A stretch of DNA of 64,000 nucleotides from Podarcis vaucheri (Eukaryota). Location: NCBI GenBank assembly GCA_965113315.1, contig OZ220368.1; one strand, 5' to 3'. Shown in pieces: positions 36,136 to 49,810 of this stretch; positions within the stretch are counted from its first letter, which is position 1, and every line of letters begins with the position of its first letter. Position numbers and translations under genes: made by a program. The notes below the pieces were generated by a model. The model was not told the DNA's origin, searched no databases, and saw nothing but the letters and a program-made list of their open reading frames with translations.

Positions 36136-39100
36136 CTGAAAGGGCCAAGGCACCCAAAATAATAGTAAGTAAGCTAGCACTGCTTCCTGAACGCGATCCT
36201 TGTGGGGGGAGGGCTGTAGCTTATCGGTAGAGCATCTGCTTTGCATGCAAGAAGGTTCCAAATTCAATCCTTGCAGTCTTCAGGATGGGCTGGGAACTAC
36301 CCCTGTCTGAAAACCTGGATTGCTGCTTCCAGTCACTGCAAGCAACTCCGAGGTAGCTGGAGTCATGATCTGTCTTGGTACAAGGCAGTTTCCTATGTTT
36401 CTATTTCTTTTAGGTAAAAACTGTGCGTTCCCCTTTATATAAGTGGTGGTTAACATTATGTTCTTGGACTAGAACTCCCATCATCCCTAACCACTGGCTA
36501 TGCTGTCTGGGGCTGATGAGTCCTGGAGTCCCACAACCAGGGGCAAATCTACTATGAAACGAATGAAACTTAGGCTTCAGGGCCCCTAATTCTGGAAGGG
36601 CCCCAGCAGCAATTTAGTCCACATTGCTTAAAATTTGTGAGGCACATTGATCTGAGTCAAATTGATTACTTTTTTGTTGTATATATTTCCCCCCAGATTT
36701 AGGTCCGCCACTGCCAACAACAGGAGGAGGGCCACAGATTAGCTATCCCTGATTGACACTTCTACGTATACAGCTAGAACTCTGCAATGGGAAAAGCAGC
36801 TGGAGGAAGGGGGATTTAAGCACCCACTCAATTTCTCTTGGCAAAAATTGCCACTTTTACAAGCTTCCGTAATCCCAAAGAGATCTTTTTCTCCAAGCTT
36901 AGCCTAGCTTCTGCAGAAGGCACACTTTGCTATGGCAACCCTGGGCAACTGCTCCTCTTATCAAGGAAGCCGATGAGCAGCCTATAATCAGAAGTTTGTA
37001 CAGTTTCAAACAAGAGTGCAAATTGAAAAATCACTGTGAAGAAACAAGCTATCAGAACACTGATATAATCATCCAGGCAGTTGTGAATGTTTATATCTGA
37101 GTTTGAGGAGTGCTCCAAGACCTGGCCCCCTAATTGTCCCTGATTGCGGAACTGCATAGAGAACTATAACATGTGAAGCAGCAATAATGCATTACATATA
37201 TTCTGCTCTGGTTTCTACAAGTGAAACAACACGTTTTGGAACAGCTGCAATCACAGCAGAGTGTATCCATGTAGCTCCAGGTCACTGCCTGCTCACACAT
37301 TACATTTCCCCAGGCCCAGGGACAACTGAGATGCAGAAAAAGAAAGCAGCCAGCTGGCATGCAAGGATCAGCCCAGAGTGCTTTAGAAATCAGTTGTGAG
37401 GTTTATGAAAACAATGCAACTGGCCCAGAATCCCTATTTCCCACCCCTTAAAAAATTGGGATGTTGCTTGGCATCCCAGGGAAAGAAGTTACATACTGAA
37501 GACTGTTGTCTTGTGAGTGCAAAAACTGGTTCAAAATGTTGATTGTTGGAAATTGGCTGTTTTCTTTTTTCCTTCTTAAAGCAAACAAGTTTCAAGCTCA
37601 GGATGTGGAAATGGCTCAGACCTATGCATTTGCATGTACAACCAGTATCAGTGCTGAGAGTGCATGTCTCGCAAGAATACCTTGCCACTCCACCATGCAT
37701 TTCTAGTCTCATATATTCACCTGCCTATATCTGTTTTCCTGCCACATCACAATTTCTGCCCCAACACGACAAATTTTCCATAAACTCACAGACTCAAGTA
37801 GTAAAGTTTGAGCAAACTATGCTAAATTGCTACGAGTGTGCAAGTAGTTTTAAAAACAGCGTTTGCGGTCCTTCCTCTTTTTAGCACAGCACAATCCATA
37901 ACACAGAGGTTACACACAGGCATTTTGGCTTTCCTGTTCCACTTTTCATGAGAATCTGTACAGATGTAGCTTTTGCACACACCTGGGAGATGTCCTGCTC
38001 ACCCAACTCTCAGCCACAAATATTCTGATCTTATTATTCCATTGAAACACAGAGATTACAGTTCAAATCAGGATGATGAATCAGATCAGATTGGAAATGT
38101 GTGTGCGGACAAACCAGAAACGAAATGGTTACCACAGGAGTTTAAAACCCATTGTAATTACTCAGTGAACAAGGCTGCATACAAGCACAGGCTTATCACT
38201 TAAAACATGAGAACAGGCCGAGCACATCATCCTTCCAGCTAAAGCACAGACATCGCCTGCTCTTTCTACCATTACAATCAATTAGTTCCATCAGGAGCTA
38301 GCAGAGCTCTTGCTTCCCTTTGAAAGAGCCACTCACAAACATCCTGGCCTGGATATTTATGCCACTTTGGAACAGATGTTGGATGTTCTCCAGCTGTGGA
38401 GGGCTGCAGACTCCAGGACTGCAAGCAGGGCATACTGCGAGAGCCACCCCCTGCTCTATCACAACATCTCTCCCTCCCTCTGGAGCTGTTCCAGAATTAA
38501 TTACTCTCAGGCAGGACACAAACAGCAATAAATTGCTAGGCACACAACAGACCCTCTTCAATGAAGAGTGATCTGTTTTATAACACTCTGGGATGCAAAC
38601 TTCTGGAATAAATGAAGTGAAAGAAGTTCCGCATCCAATCAGGTTGTTACATAGTGGAGAACAGATGTGATTTCATGCTATGATTATGTTTTAGTGTTTT
38701 AATATGGTTAGTTGTAACTTATTTGTTCAAACCTGCTTTGAGTTCTTTTTTCGGATGGGGGGGAAGGATTCAGGATATAATTTAGGAGAGGGTGGAAGGA
38801 GGGTGGGTGGGGGAACAGTCACAGGTGATCCAGTAATGGATTCCTCCACCATCTTGTCTAGTTTGCCCTTAAGCTTGCAATCGCAAGCATTTTTTAGAAG
38901 TCTCACTAAACTAAATGGGACTTACTTCAGAGTATATGGGATCCTTAAAAGTGGGTCATTCGCCAAATGTAATGGTGAGCAGTCTTTACTTGCCTGTTGT
39001 ACTTCAGATATGCATGTGGCTAGCTGCAGATCAGGGAGAAGACTTCTAGCCTAGCTGTCTACTCTAGTGGAATTACTAATTTTGCATGTGGAAGGAAATT

Positions 39101-40572
39101 TTGATGCATGCATAAGTTTCAAAGAAGCCATTTGCTCTGCGCACACCTGTGTGCAGCCTGTACCACATGCTCAACTCAGTGTTTGAATTCACCCTGATGG
39201 TAGTGTCTTCCACACATGATTCTGTGGTGAGGCTTCCTAGGGTCAAGGAAAGCATCCTCTTCCCCAAAGCACTCCTGCAATTAAGTAAACTCTGGCCACA
39301 TCTGCCAGAGCAGGAACACTGAACCCTTTGCTTTTTAGACAAGGACCAAAAGAAGGCCTGTCGACTCAACTCCCACATTCCTCATATCATTTGAGTGTGT
39401 GCTGGGGGATGGCAACAGGGGGTTAAGAACTGTTTGTTTCCACTTCCGCACCTTTGCAAATAAATACTAAGAACAGAAGGTTTTCTATTTGCACTGAGTG
39501 TGTGCACACACAGAGACAGAGTTTCACAGAAATCTGGTAGGTGCTTAAATGTGTGGAGTCTGGAGGCTAAGCGGACCTCAGAGCAAGGAAGGAAAACAAT
39601 GCCTTCATTCAGTGTGGCAGCGAGAAGGTCAAGTGTCGTTTACATCGGAAGGGAAGCAAGGATTAGACATCATTACTCTATCTGGTGTCAGTGACATGGA
39701 CAACATCAGCAAGCCAACCTCTGTGCCTGCTTTCTGCTTCAGCGTCTCCCATATCTCACCATCTGCCTTTTCAGAATGACAGCAGAGGGACTTGCATGGC
39801 AAGAGGGGTGGGAAGCTGGATTGGGCAACATTGGCCCCCTGTTTACAAAGCTTCTAAGGATAATTAAGCACTACTGTGAAGCTGCTTCTGGCAGGTCATC
39901 AGTGAGATGCATTCCAGCACCAGCAATTTTCTTTCCAGGTAATTCCAAACAAAGAGGTAATGGAGCCCATATTGGAACTGAAGAACAGACTACAACCACA
40001 TCATATGTCTACGTAATTTCTTGGCTGTTTTAAAATGTGTAATTAATGAAGAAAGGGTCAGAGATGCCTAGCAGAAGTTGCATAAATCCAGGGTTGGTAG
40101 GGTATAGTTAAGAAGATGGACCCTAGTTTGGGGAAATATAAGGCTCTACGTTAGGAAAACCCAATCAAAAATTTCCCAAAGCATACACTGGGAGCAATGA
40201 CAACTAAATGCAAATGTGGGGCTTCTGTATTAACAACTACTGTAGGAGAGATCAAAATTGTCTGCACTGGAGTCTCTCCTAACGTATTTCCACATAGGAT
40301 TAGCACACCAGTAGTTATATGAAAGTTTGCACATGGGTCCATTAAATATCACATGCCAGCTCTTCACATAATTGTTTTGTGCATGCACAATAGGTGTGAC
40401 TGGCCACGGTAGTAGTGCACAGTATTTTAGGTGCACATACATGAATAATGCTTAAAATCTGGCTCTGATGTTTTTACTTGCATCTAGGAAAAGCAGCCCA
40501 GTCCAATAGTCAGTATTCCTTATGGATGGATGTGTGAGAATGATGGCTTAATTATGTGAAATGATAACTGTA

Positions 40573-40813
40573 CAGTGGTACCTCGGTTTACGAACTTAAT
40601 CCGTTCCAGAAGTCCGTTCTTAAACCGAAACCATTCTTAAACCGAGGCGCGCTGTCCCTAAAGAGGCCTCCCGCTGCCGGTGCCCTTCCACTGTTCAGAT
40701 TCCGTTCTTAGACCGAGGTAAACTTCGCAACCTGGGACATTACTTCCAGTTTTGCGGTGTTCGTAAACAGGATCGTTCTTAAACAGGACCGTTCTTAAAC
40801 CGAGGTACCACTG
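40573..40813. mobile_element. Tc1/mariner-type MITE
   Basis: TIR CAGTGGTACCTCGGTTTA / TAAACCGAGGTACCACTG. Confidence 0.85.
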
Positions 40814-40987
40814 AACTGAATACAGGTGGTTTTACTCTTTCGTTTACAACTTTATAAGAAGAGATCCAGAATCAAATCTGTCTATCAACAAATGCTTAGA
40901 CATCCCCACAGGTCTGTGCCCAGTTTTGCTCTGGGTTCTCTAGCATTTTCCTTAAATGCAGGTGGTCTGGAGGTTTCGTTCTCTCAC

Positions 40988-41083
40988 CTGGATGTCCAAG
41001 TTCAGTTGTTCCCACAGGTCATCATGCAAGGCTGACACCTCACCCTCCAGGTTCTCATATTCTATGGTGCTGTTGGCCAAAGC
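40988..41083 (-). CDS. PLEKHA6: PLEKHA6 exon, 96 nt (ALANSTIEYENLEGEVSALHDDLWEQLNLDIQ)
   Basis: ccacag| and CAG|gtgaga; not in the ORF track, translated by hand. Confidence 0.95.
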
Positions 41084-42129
41084 CTGTGGGGATTTGCAAA
41101 CAGTCCCATCAAGATACCAACACACTCACTCGCAATCTCTTCTCCATGTCCCTGGAGCGCAGAGGAACTAACTAATATTAAAAACGCTAACTAACTACCG
41201 AGCCATCCATTTGGATGCCAGCCCAGCCTGGCTGTGCACCACCGTACAGAGTAAATCTTCACCTAGGAGGTGGTAGCTGCATTGGTAGAAACTGTTGTCT
41301 TCCAAATAGCTTCTTTGGAGGACAAAGATCACCCTTGTATGCTTCCCATGCTAGCATTTAATTGCTGCATTCTGGAAGACACAAACTGGCATGATATTTG
41401 TGCGCTGGGGGAAGCTAATGGACATACAATGAGAACAGAAAAGAGGACTTCAAATGAACAGGAGGTTTTTCCCCAGTTCTCCCCATGTGTTTTGCACAGA
41501 GCAAACTCACAGCATGCACTCATGAACCAGAGGGGTTCAATTTGGGTGCTATTGCACCTTCTCATTGGGTTGAAAGAAGCTTTCTTCTCTCTCACTCTCT
41601 CTTCCTTTTTTAAAAAGAGAAAAAGGAAATGAAACAGAGAGACAAAAGAAAGATTTATTGTGCAATGCCAAGCCCACAAAGCATTCCTCTCTTCATCCCC
41701 AGGTTTCCCCTGACACATGCAGCACCCGCGTTGGCAATGCAGCAAGAGCAGGCAGCCCTTGCAGGCTCAGCTCAGCTGGAGACACAGGCTCCACTGCCGC
41801 AGCTCGTGCTGCTGCAGAAGCATCAAATACTGTAGGGCAAAGCCCATGTAGAGCCAGAAGAGAGGGCCGTCTTTGCACTATTCTGCCATGCAGGCTGCAC
41901 ACAAACCATAGGCTGGGCTGGGCTCTCTGCTCCATTTAACAGCAAGCTTATTGGGCACAGCTGAGCATGGTAGTGGCAGTGCATGTTTGGATAGGTCAAA
42001 TATACTTGATCAAGAGGGACCAAGTATGTATTTTCCCTCCACCACCTCCACCACCATTGTTCTTGATCCCTGGAGGCTCCTGAGTGTCTGGGATTTCTGC
42101 AAGAATAAACAGGGCATTTTCTTTATTAC

Positions 42130-42279
42130 CGTGCTGGCTTGGGACAGCTCCACCCGAATATTGATCAACTGGTTCTGGAGGGATTCCTTCTTGTGCAGCA
42201 GTTTTTCGGGGTAGGCTGGTTGGCTCCCAAACATCTCTAGCTCCTGGTGTGTCCCCATCAATGCACTCTCCAGACTTTC
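42130..42279 (-). CDS. PLEKHA6: PLEKHA6 exon, 150 nt (ESLESALMGTHQELEMFGSQPAYPEK...ELSQAST)
   Basis: cttag| and |gtaata; near-identical to recalled human sequence. Confidence 0.96.
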
Positions 42280-43043
42280 CTAAGTGAAGAGAAGAGTAAG
42301 GGGGGGGGGAATTTAAGCTGATGGTTAGGAAGCAATCTGGAACTCAGCAGCCTAGGGTATAGTTAAAATTCTTTTTCTGGCCTCAGGCACTCAGCCTTTC
42401 TGGGTCTTATTTCTAAAACCATCACTTGTTCTGTAGGACAAAGCATTATTGCAACTGAACTGGGTTGAAGGCTATAAAGTTCAGGTGCAAGCTGAGTTGG
42501 ACTTGCTCATCTGTCTGAATATCTAGACATGCCTTCTTCCACAGCATTCAGAGATGTAGGTCACTTGGTCACCCCCCCCTCCATAACCTCCACCACACAT
42601 ACAGTCTTGGAAAGAAGGAACCTGGTGTTGCATGAAGAGATTTTCCTGAAATTTCTTTCTGCCTGTAATAGGACTTCCTCTCCCACTTCTCTCCTCATGT
42701 GCCTGCTCCCAGACCTGCTCTGCAGGGTTGGGGGGAAAGCAGATTTGGGGAGGCAGACAGGGAGAAGAGAGGTACAGCAGAAGTCTTTGCACCAACAGGA
42801 TGACCTTGTTGGATACAGCCCTCTATGAGCAATACTCCTGCTACAAAGGCCACTTTTAGCATCTCTGCCTCCTATTTTGGGGAAACTGGAAACATTTGCC
42901 ACAAAAATAACAACCTCTTGATGATGCCCACAGCCTAGCAAATGCAATAAGGTTCCAGCCTCAAAAAGTCTCTGGAAAGTTGGCCAAAAATCAGAAAGCA
43001 GCTTGCCTATGGCATTAAGTGTGCTATGGTACACGCCCCTTAC

Positions 43044-43124
43044 CTTCTCTGCACGAAGTTGCTGCACCAGCCTCTCCTGTTCCCTCATCACCTTGTTTTG
43101 CTCACAGAGCTTTCCCAGGAGCTT
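43044..43124 (-). CDS. PLEKHA6: PLEKHA6 exon, 81 nt (KLLGKLCEQNKVMREQERLVQQLRAEK), coiled coil
   Basis: gaaag| acceptor, AAG|gtaagg donor; matches recalled human sequence. Confidence 0.95.
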
Positions 43125-43904
43125 CTTTCATGGAGGACAGAGAGAAAAGAAAGGCGAAATATAAGATTCATAGCAGAGTCTGGGGTGGGGAAGTGAATGT
43201 AGCCCTCTAAGTCTCTCTTGGGCTCTTCCCAGGTCTCATCCCCTCCTCATCCACACCCCTTCTGGCCCTGCCTTGCACTCTTCTTGTGTGTCCAACCCCC
43301 CCCCCCCCGAATGTGTCATTGCACTCTGATAAAGATTCTTGCAAGTGTGAATGGAAAAGAGAGAAAGATGCAAGTGTGTAGGAACTAGCCTGCTGTCCAA
43401 AGATGTGCATTCATTGCTCCACCCACCCATTGCCTTTGTTCTCACCCAGCACTGGCATGTGGCCCCCAGAAGGTTGCTCAGGAGCAAAAGTGGCCCTCGA
43501 GCTAGATAAAGGTCCTCCACCCTGGTTCACATAGCAGAAGGCATTCATCTGCTTTGAACAGATCTCAACCTGGCCTCTGGGTATTAGAGCCCCGGTGCTG
43601 GGGCTGCACAATCCGAGCAGGGCAGACTCACAAACAAGGATGCCAGCATGAAAACACAAACCCAGAGTACAATGGGTGAGGATGGGGCAGGAAAGGCGAC
43701 AGCCCGGGGTTGGTGAACGATGGCGACCACAAGTGCTTGGGACCTTGCAGCTCCCCTAGCAGAATAGATGCCTGTTTAATGATGTCAAGAGAAATGGAGA
43801 GGGAAGGCACAGCCTGCAAGGGGTGGAGGATGGAGAGGTGGCAGCGGAAGAGGGGATGGAAGGGGCAGACAGGCAAAAGGGAGGGAGGGAGGAGGTGCTC
43901 TTAC

Positions 43905-43973
43905 ATCTGTATCTTGCTCGCTTATCTTGTAGGTGTGCAGCGACTCTCTATAGGATTCAGGGAAATGAGACAC
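43905..43973 (-). CDS. PLEKHA6: PLEKHA6 exon, 69 nt (VSHFPESYRESLHTYKISEQDTD)
   Basis: tttgcag| and |gtaaga; similar to human VPPYPEVFRDSLHTYKLNEQDTD. Confidence 0.95.
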
Positions 43974-44645
43974 CTGCAAAAACAGGAACAAATCATTCCT
44001 GCTCTCTCCGCCTTTGAAGTTGACATGTCATGACAAGCCCCTGGGGAAATCCAAGGCTGCTTCTGCTTAGTGCGTAGGGGTGGGAAGCCCTCCATGTTTT
44101 CAGGTCCTGCAGCTCAAGCCCCAACCTTCTTTCACCAAGTCTTTTTTAATTAAGCAACATTTACTGGGTAGAATAACCGAAGGGAAAGGCACACACTGTC
44201 TAGCATTTCCATAACTGTGGTCTGGGGGTTTCTGCTTCTCGGTTCCCATGGATCTATCCAGCTTAGACTGCAGACTCCTCACTATCTTTCAAAATCAGCT
44301 GTCTTTCATCTCATCAAGGGAGGCAGCTCTTGCATACAATGTAGTGAGAGAATTGCTCTTTTCCTAACTGCATAGAATTGCTCTTTCTCCTATCCCCACA
44401 GATGTCAAGTTTATAACAAATATATATATAATGGCAGTTGCTCAGATTATGAGCAAATCAGCTATTCTACTATGCATGCATGTTAGACATGCAACCTCCA
44501 TTACATTACAGATCACCAAGCAATTACACATGGCCAGTCATACCATAAACAGCAGCTCACCTTCACAATCGCAGCAACTGCAATTGTGAATAGATTTAAA
44601 TATGTGACCTCTCCTCCCCCTCCCCCTGGCCTGCCCGGCACTCAC

Positions 44646-44675
44646 AGAATTCAGGATGATGATGGGGGAGTTCCC
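44646..44675 (-). CDS. PLEKHA6: Candidate PLEKHA6 30-nt microexon (GNSPIIILNS)
   Basis: catttag| acceptor, TCT|gtgagt donor, in frame in a phase-0 intron; CTAAC branch point upstream and two TGCATG downstream. Confidence 0.6.
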
Positions 44676-46058
44676 CTAAATGTGATAATTGCTATGGGCA
44701 AATGTTAGCTGCTCCATGTTATCTACTAACACAAACTTAGTTAATAGATATATGCAGAGCTGGTATATAGCACACAAGGAAGACCAGAAAGAATTTTTGC
44801 TGGGGTTTGTAGGCCTAAAAGCAGTGTTGGCTATCCATGTGCAGTGCAGATCTTTACATGCCAAACAGGGGCCAATGTCTAGGATGTTGCTATAAAAGGG
44901 TGGCTGATGAACAGGTAACCAGAGTCCTGTCCTCAGGAAACAGAGAGGCCAGGATAAGTGGGAGGCTGGATTAAAGAGAAACTTCAAGAAGAGCACGGAA
45001 GGATCCTGTATTTTTTTCAACTTGAGACTTTGCATTGATCCAGAATTAGAGTCAGATGCCACCACCCTCTGGTTTTATTCCCAGTTTATTTTCTGCTTTG
45101 AATTTCAAAGCTGCACGAGCCCAGGGTAATAGATTTCACAAGATGCAGCCCTGTAGTGTTGTGATTTGAGGTTCTTCACACAATGTCCAGCTCCCCTGCT
45201 TGTGAGCAACCACTATATTACAGACGGGCCAACTAATGCAGAGAGAAAGCCAGGTCAAAGGTGGCCGTTTTAGAGCATTGGCCTTTGGTGTGAATTCATA
45301 AAACCAAGACTCAGCTTTGCATCGTTTCCCTCTGGAACAGTGATATATCCAGCAGTACTTACCCAGAAGGGGTGTACGAGTATCACAGGAGGGCACTGAT
45401 TAGAATTGATGCAATCCAGCACAGAAGAAAAGCATCACGTCAGAACCAGAGTTTTATTATTATCAAGCAAGCTACCATGTTACAATAATACATCAAGAGA
45501 AAATAAGTTCTTAACTGCTAGTTGGCGGAACCTGATCAACAGGAACTCCTCTAACACAGAGAGTGGCGATATGAGAAAAATCTCTTCTGTGAGCATGATG
45601 TACCATGCTACAGATGTCACTCTCCATTTAAGTAGCACCTGTAACACTGTTATCACCTTCATTGTTAGGCAAAAGAGCTGTAGCTCAGTGGCAAGGCACA
45701 TGATTCTATGATTCTATATTTTGCCTGCAGAAGGTCCCAGGTTCATATGTGGTATCTCATATAGGACCGGGAAAGATCTTTGTCTGAGGCCCCTTCTGAA
45801 TCTTGTTGTTTCCAGATGGGATCAAATCTAAATGCTGACTCAAATCCTGCCCTATTTGAAATGTAACGGACAATGTTTTGGATTGCATCGTTTTCCTCAA
45901 AAATAATAATTGAGCAATAACTGCTGAGTTCATTAAATCACTAGCCATACCTTTTCCCCTATAAAGTAGAAAGTGGTTGCTGTTTTCTGTGTGTGTAGCT
46001 AAAAGCAATGGAAAGATGCCTGTTCAGAATCTAATTTGCCAGATGTCACGTGACCATA

Positions 46059-46097
<39 letters not shown>

Positions 46098-46418
46098 GGG
46101 GGGCTTGGTTTTGCTAGGCTACACAGCCTGCAAGAAAGTAGAATGGTAATTGTATCTGAGTATCTTCAGTGCCTGATTTTATAATTTTAAGATCACTGTT
46201 TTGCCCTGGGTGGTGCTAAAGCTCTGCCCAGTAAGTGACCACTTTTTATTACTTGGCACAATGCTGTAAGGACACAATTTTCCTGAGGAGAGGAACGGTA
46301 AGACTGAACAGATTCTATGAAACAACAAAGGGAAGCATAGATTTCATGTCAGTTCCAGCTAGCCCTTATCTGTGCTAATCACATATTTACATGTACCCTG
46401 ATAATCAGTATGTAAAGA

Positions 46419-46633
46419 CAGCGGTGCCAACTTGAATAAAATATTGGGAGCAGAGGTGGGTAAGCCCCGCCACACTTAATTGATCACCAGGTTTGGCACT
46501 CGCACACCACTTGAATGGCAATGCCCATCAACTGGAGGGGTGAGCGGACCCCTCAAATATTTTATTGGGTAAAAAAAAATATTATTGGGTGAGGGGCCGA
46601 AGGGACCTCGGTCCCTAGGAGTTGGCTCCTATG
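46419..46633. mobile_element. Probable non-autonomous DNA transposon
   Basis: Imperfect TIR CAGCGGTGCCAACT / AGTTGGCTCCTATG; near-TSD TGTAAAGA / TGTAAGAA. Confidence 0.5.
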
Positions 46634-48479
46634 TGTAAGAAGTGCAGGCCACTACTCTTCACGAGGCACCAATGTGAAACAGTGTTGGAACGTTCTCTCA
46701 GGGGGTGAAAACCATCCCCAGGTGGAGCTGGAGTTCGACAAATTCTAGCTATGTGGCACTTTTCTGTCAGAATATCCTTACTCTCTGGGGCAATTTGGCA
46801 CAGTGCTGTGAACAAAGCAGGAAATAGGAGGTACAATGTCTCATCAAACATGCCATTCTGTTTTCAGATTCAGGTAATTGCAATGCTGAACCTATCCCCA
46901 AACTTAGTCAAGGATCTCATCTAAGCAGTGATTATTAGCCTGTTCTGCTACAGTCTGCCTGGACAATATAAAGAGTAGCAAATGCATCAGAAAGTACATT
47001 TTGGTGATAAAGGTGACCAAATGATGACTGAAGCTTTAGAGATATAAATGGATGGTGGTTGGCTTGTTGCAACGGCAATGAGATACAGCTTTTATGATGA
47101 TATCACCGACTGTATTGCTTAATAGGCCAAATGAAGAAGCCCAATCCTGCCAGGAAGACCAAGTTTCTGAACACTGATAATCCTGACTACATGCAATTGA
47201 ACTGGTCCCAGTGGCGCTCACCACATGGCTCAGAGACATTATCTTCTCTTGCCAACATGGAGATCCTACAAAAATAGACACACCTAGCACTTGATATGGA
47301 AGGCTTTGACTGTTATTATTATTATCATTATTTATTTTATACCCCACCTTTATCCCTGACAGGACTCAAGGTGGCTTACAGATAAAAACAAGAATTGCTA
47401 AAAGTTAGAGGGGGGGGAACAATAATTAAAAAAACAGTTAGATAATTAATAGAATTAAAACTATATACATATATAAACTCTGTTTAAAACATACAAATAA
47501 TTACAAGTGGGTTCTGAAGCTCAATACTGATTTCTGAATTAAATTCCAGGGCTCAGTACTGATGACCCTTTAATAAAATTAAGCACAGAAGCTGATCATT
47601 CTGCTTCCCAGTGGACGTTCCCACTGTGGAGGGAGCATCCCCCTAGATCTGATGCACGGATATGTTCCTTGGGTAGGAGCCTAGATAGATCCTATTCTAT
47701 ATCCTAGAATATCCACATAGATTTTTATAGTAAACTATTTTGGGGCAAGGGTGTGGGCAAAAAGTAGAGGACTCTCTACCCTTAGCAAGAGATACCAATG
47801 CAAACTTAAGTGCCCCACTTCACAAATTCCAATGCTAAGCATCAGCGCTAAAAACAAGGTTTCCTTCAGCGTCTTGGCTCACATATGCCAATATTATGCT
47901 CACATATGCTATATTAAGCATATATTATGCTCACATATGCTAATATTAATACCTAACCATTTTCCAGGGGTGCACTACATTTTGCAAAAGTAATACCGGA
48001 AAGGAAAGAGGAAAATTTGTCTTCCCCCGCAAACCATTGATAGCCAGCCCCAAAAGCCATGACAAGCAGTTCGTAACTGAAAGTTTTAGGTTTTAACCTA
48101 AGCCATATATGCATTTATTATCTTATCTACAGAGAACAGAGAGAGAGAAAGGTTGGCATAAGGTGGCACAGAGCTGCTGATGCAGCTGAGATTAAGATCC
48201 ACAGATGTTGAGGGTCCCATCTACCTCCAACCTGTGGGTTAAGATGTGGATTCTGAGTGACTTAAAATGCTTCAGGGAATTAGGATCACTGTCAGGCAGG
48301 GGCAGAGGTGCCTTACTGGGCTCCATGTATAAATGCCGTTTGTAGAATGAGATGTTGAATGGGCATCTCACAAATGGATGTGGATGTGAGGTGCAGAAGG
48401 GTGACACTAGGGAATGGTTCTGCCATGCAAAAGCAGCTGGAATGGCATGGTTGATGGCAGAGCTGCTGTGATGTCTTAC

Positions 48480-48560
48480 TTGCATGTACAGTTGAGCCCT
48501 AGGGGAAGAGCTCTCCACCATTCTGTTCACCATACTGATCAAAGTCTCGCTCTCGCTCAT
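48480..48560 (-). CDS. PLEKHA6: PLEKHA6 cassette exon, 81 nt (MSESETLISMVNRMVESSSPRAQLYMQ)
   Basis: gccgcag| acceptor, CAA|gtaaga donor, phase 0/0. Confidence 0.9.
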
Positions 48561-49589
48561 CTGCGGCAGACAAGGAAGGAAAAACATCAAGATGCTAGCG
48601 GAGGCACAGCCACTGCAGCTCAGCCTTGAACACGTGTGACCGCTAACATATAAATCTGAAAAGACCTAAGACCTAGACCGGTGCCTCAGAACAGATGTCA
48701 CAAGGCAAAGACACACCTAAAGGAAGTCCACAGGACTGAAAAGCACATCAATGTTCAGAGTGATTACTGGGCTAAACAAGATGTGATGCTAGTTGCATGG
48801 CTGCATTTAATGTGCACTTGGTGGATCATGAAGAAAGGAAGCCTGAGTACCACTCCAGGGGTGCAAGGAGGAAGAATTGAGTCCTCCTCCTTCTTCCCTC
48901 CTAAGTTCCAAACAAAACATGGTTTTGATACACTCTCACAAACACTCATCTAACTACCATTTGCATTTGGAGGAATTCCTCCATGTACTTTTCTGGAGTT
49001 GCTCCTTTCCCAATGAAACTTTAAAAAGAAATGATTGGGGCAAAACATCACCCTACAGTTCCCAAAGAGGCATATCACATGGGTGTATCATATATAACAC
49101 CCTCTGCTTAGCCCATTCACATCACAGGGGAGTAGCAGTGCTGGGGAAATTATGTTTCATCCCAACCCCCATGCAATTTCCCTAATCACACACCCATCCA
49201 AAACTGTATTTTGGGACATAGTAATAACAGCTTGGTGGGGGGATTTAGATCAAAAGTTTAAACACCCCCTCCCTCAGTACTACTGCTCCTACCAAACAGC
49301 CACCCACAAATGATTTAAAGGGAGATATTTTATATATAGATCAGGAAATCTGATCATGGATCTCCCACGTCATATCAGTTTCAGCCTTTAACAATAGGAT
49401 GACGGATGGGGTGGAGCTGTACTTACAAGATTTACCTTGTTGATACAAAAGACAGACTTTGAGTGAAGATATGTTTGGACCTCCCTCTGCCTGCTTTGAA
49501 ATCCCAATGAGGCTTAGTACCTCACTTCAGGTCCCACCAGACATACATACTGCACATTCATGATGATTTGCGCTCCTAAGAGCACAAAT

Positions 49590-49810
49590 GAGAGCCAGTG
49601 TGGCGTGGTGGTTAAGGTGTTGGACCAGGACCTGGGAGAACAGGGTTCAAATCCCCCTGGCCATGAAGCTCACTGGGAGACCTTGGGCCAGTTACTCATT
49701 CTCAGCCTCATCTACCTTGCAGGGTGCTGTGAGGATAAAAGGAAGAGGAGTACTATATACACCACCTTGAGTTTCTTGGAGGAAAGGCGGGATGCAAATG
49801 TAATGAATAA
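49590..49810 (+). mobile_element. Old MIR-like tRNA-derived SINE
   Basis: GAGAGCCAGTGTGGCGTGGTGGTTAAG...GGTTCAAATCCCC. Confidence 0.65.

Noticed and set aside
39677-39681. cag|ATAGA|gtaatg possible microexon
   Set aside because: 5 nt would shift the frame and the pyrimidine tract is poor; probably chance
42561-43043. Long ORF extensions past PLEKHA6 donors (also 32255-32596, 35032-35265, 48192-48479)
   Set aside because: Intronic read-through past clear GT donors, with no similarity to the known protein
47876-47947. Triplicated GCTCACATATGC unit; also small duplications near 44350-44392 and 60564-60608
   Set aside because: Ordinary local slippage duplications with no sign of function
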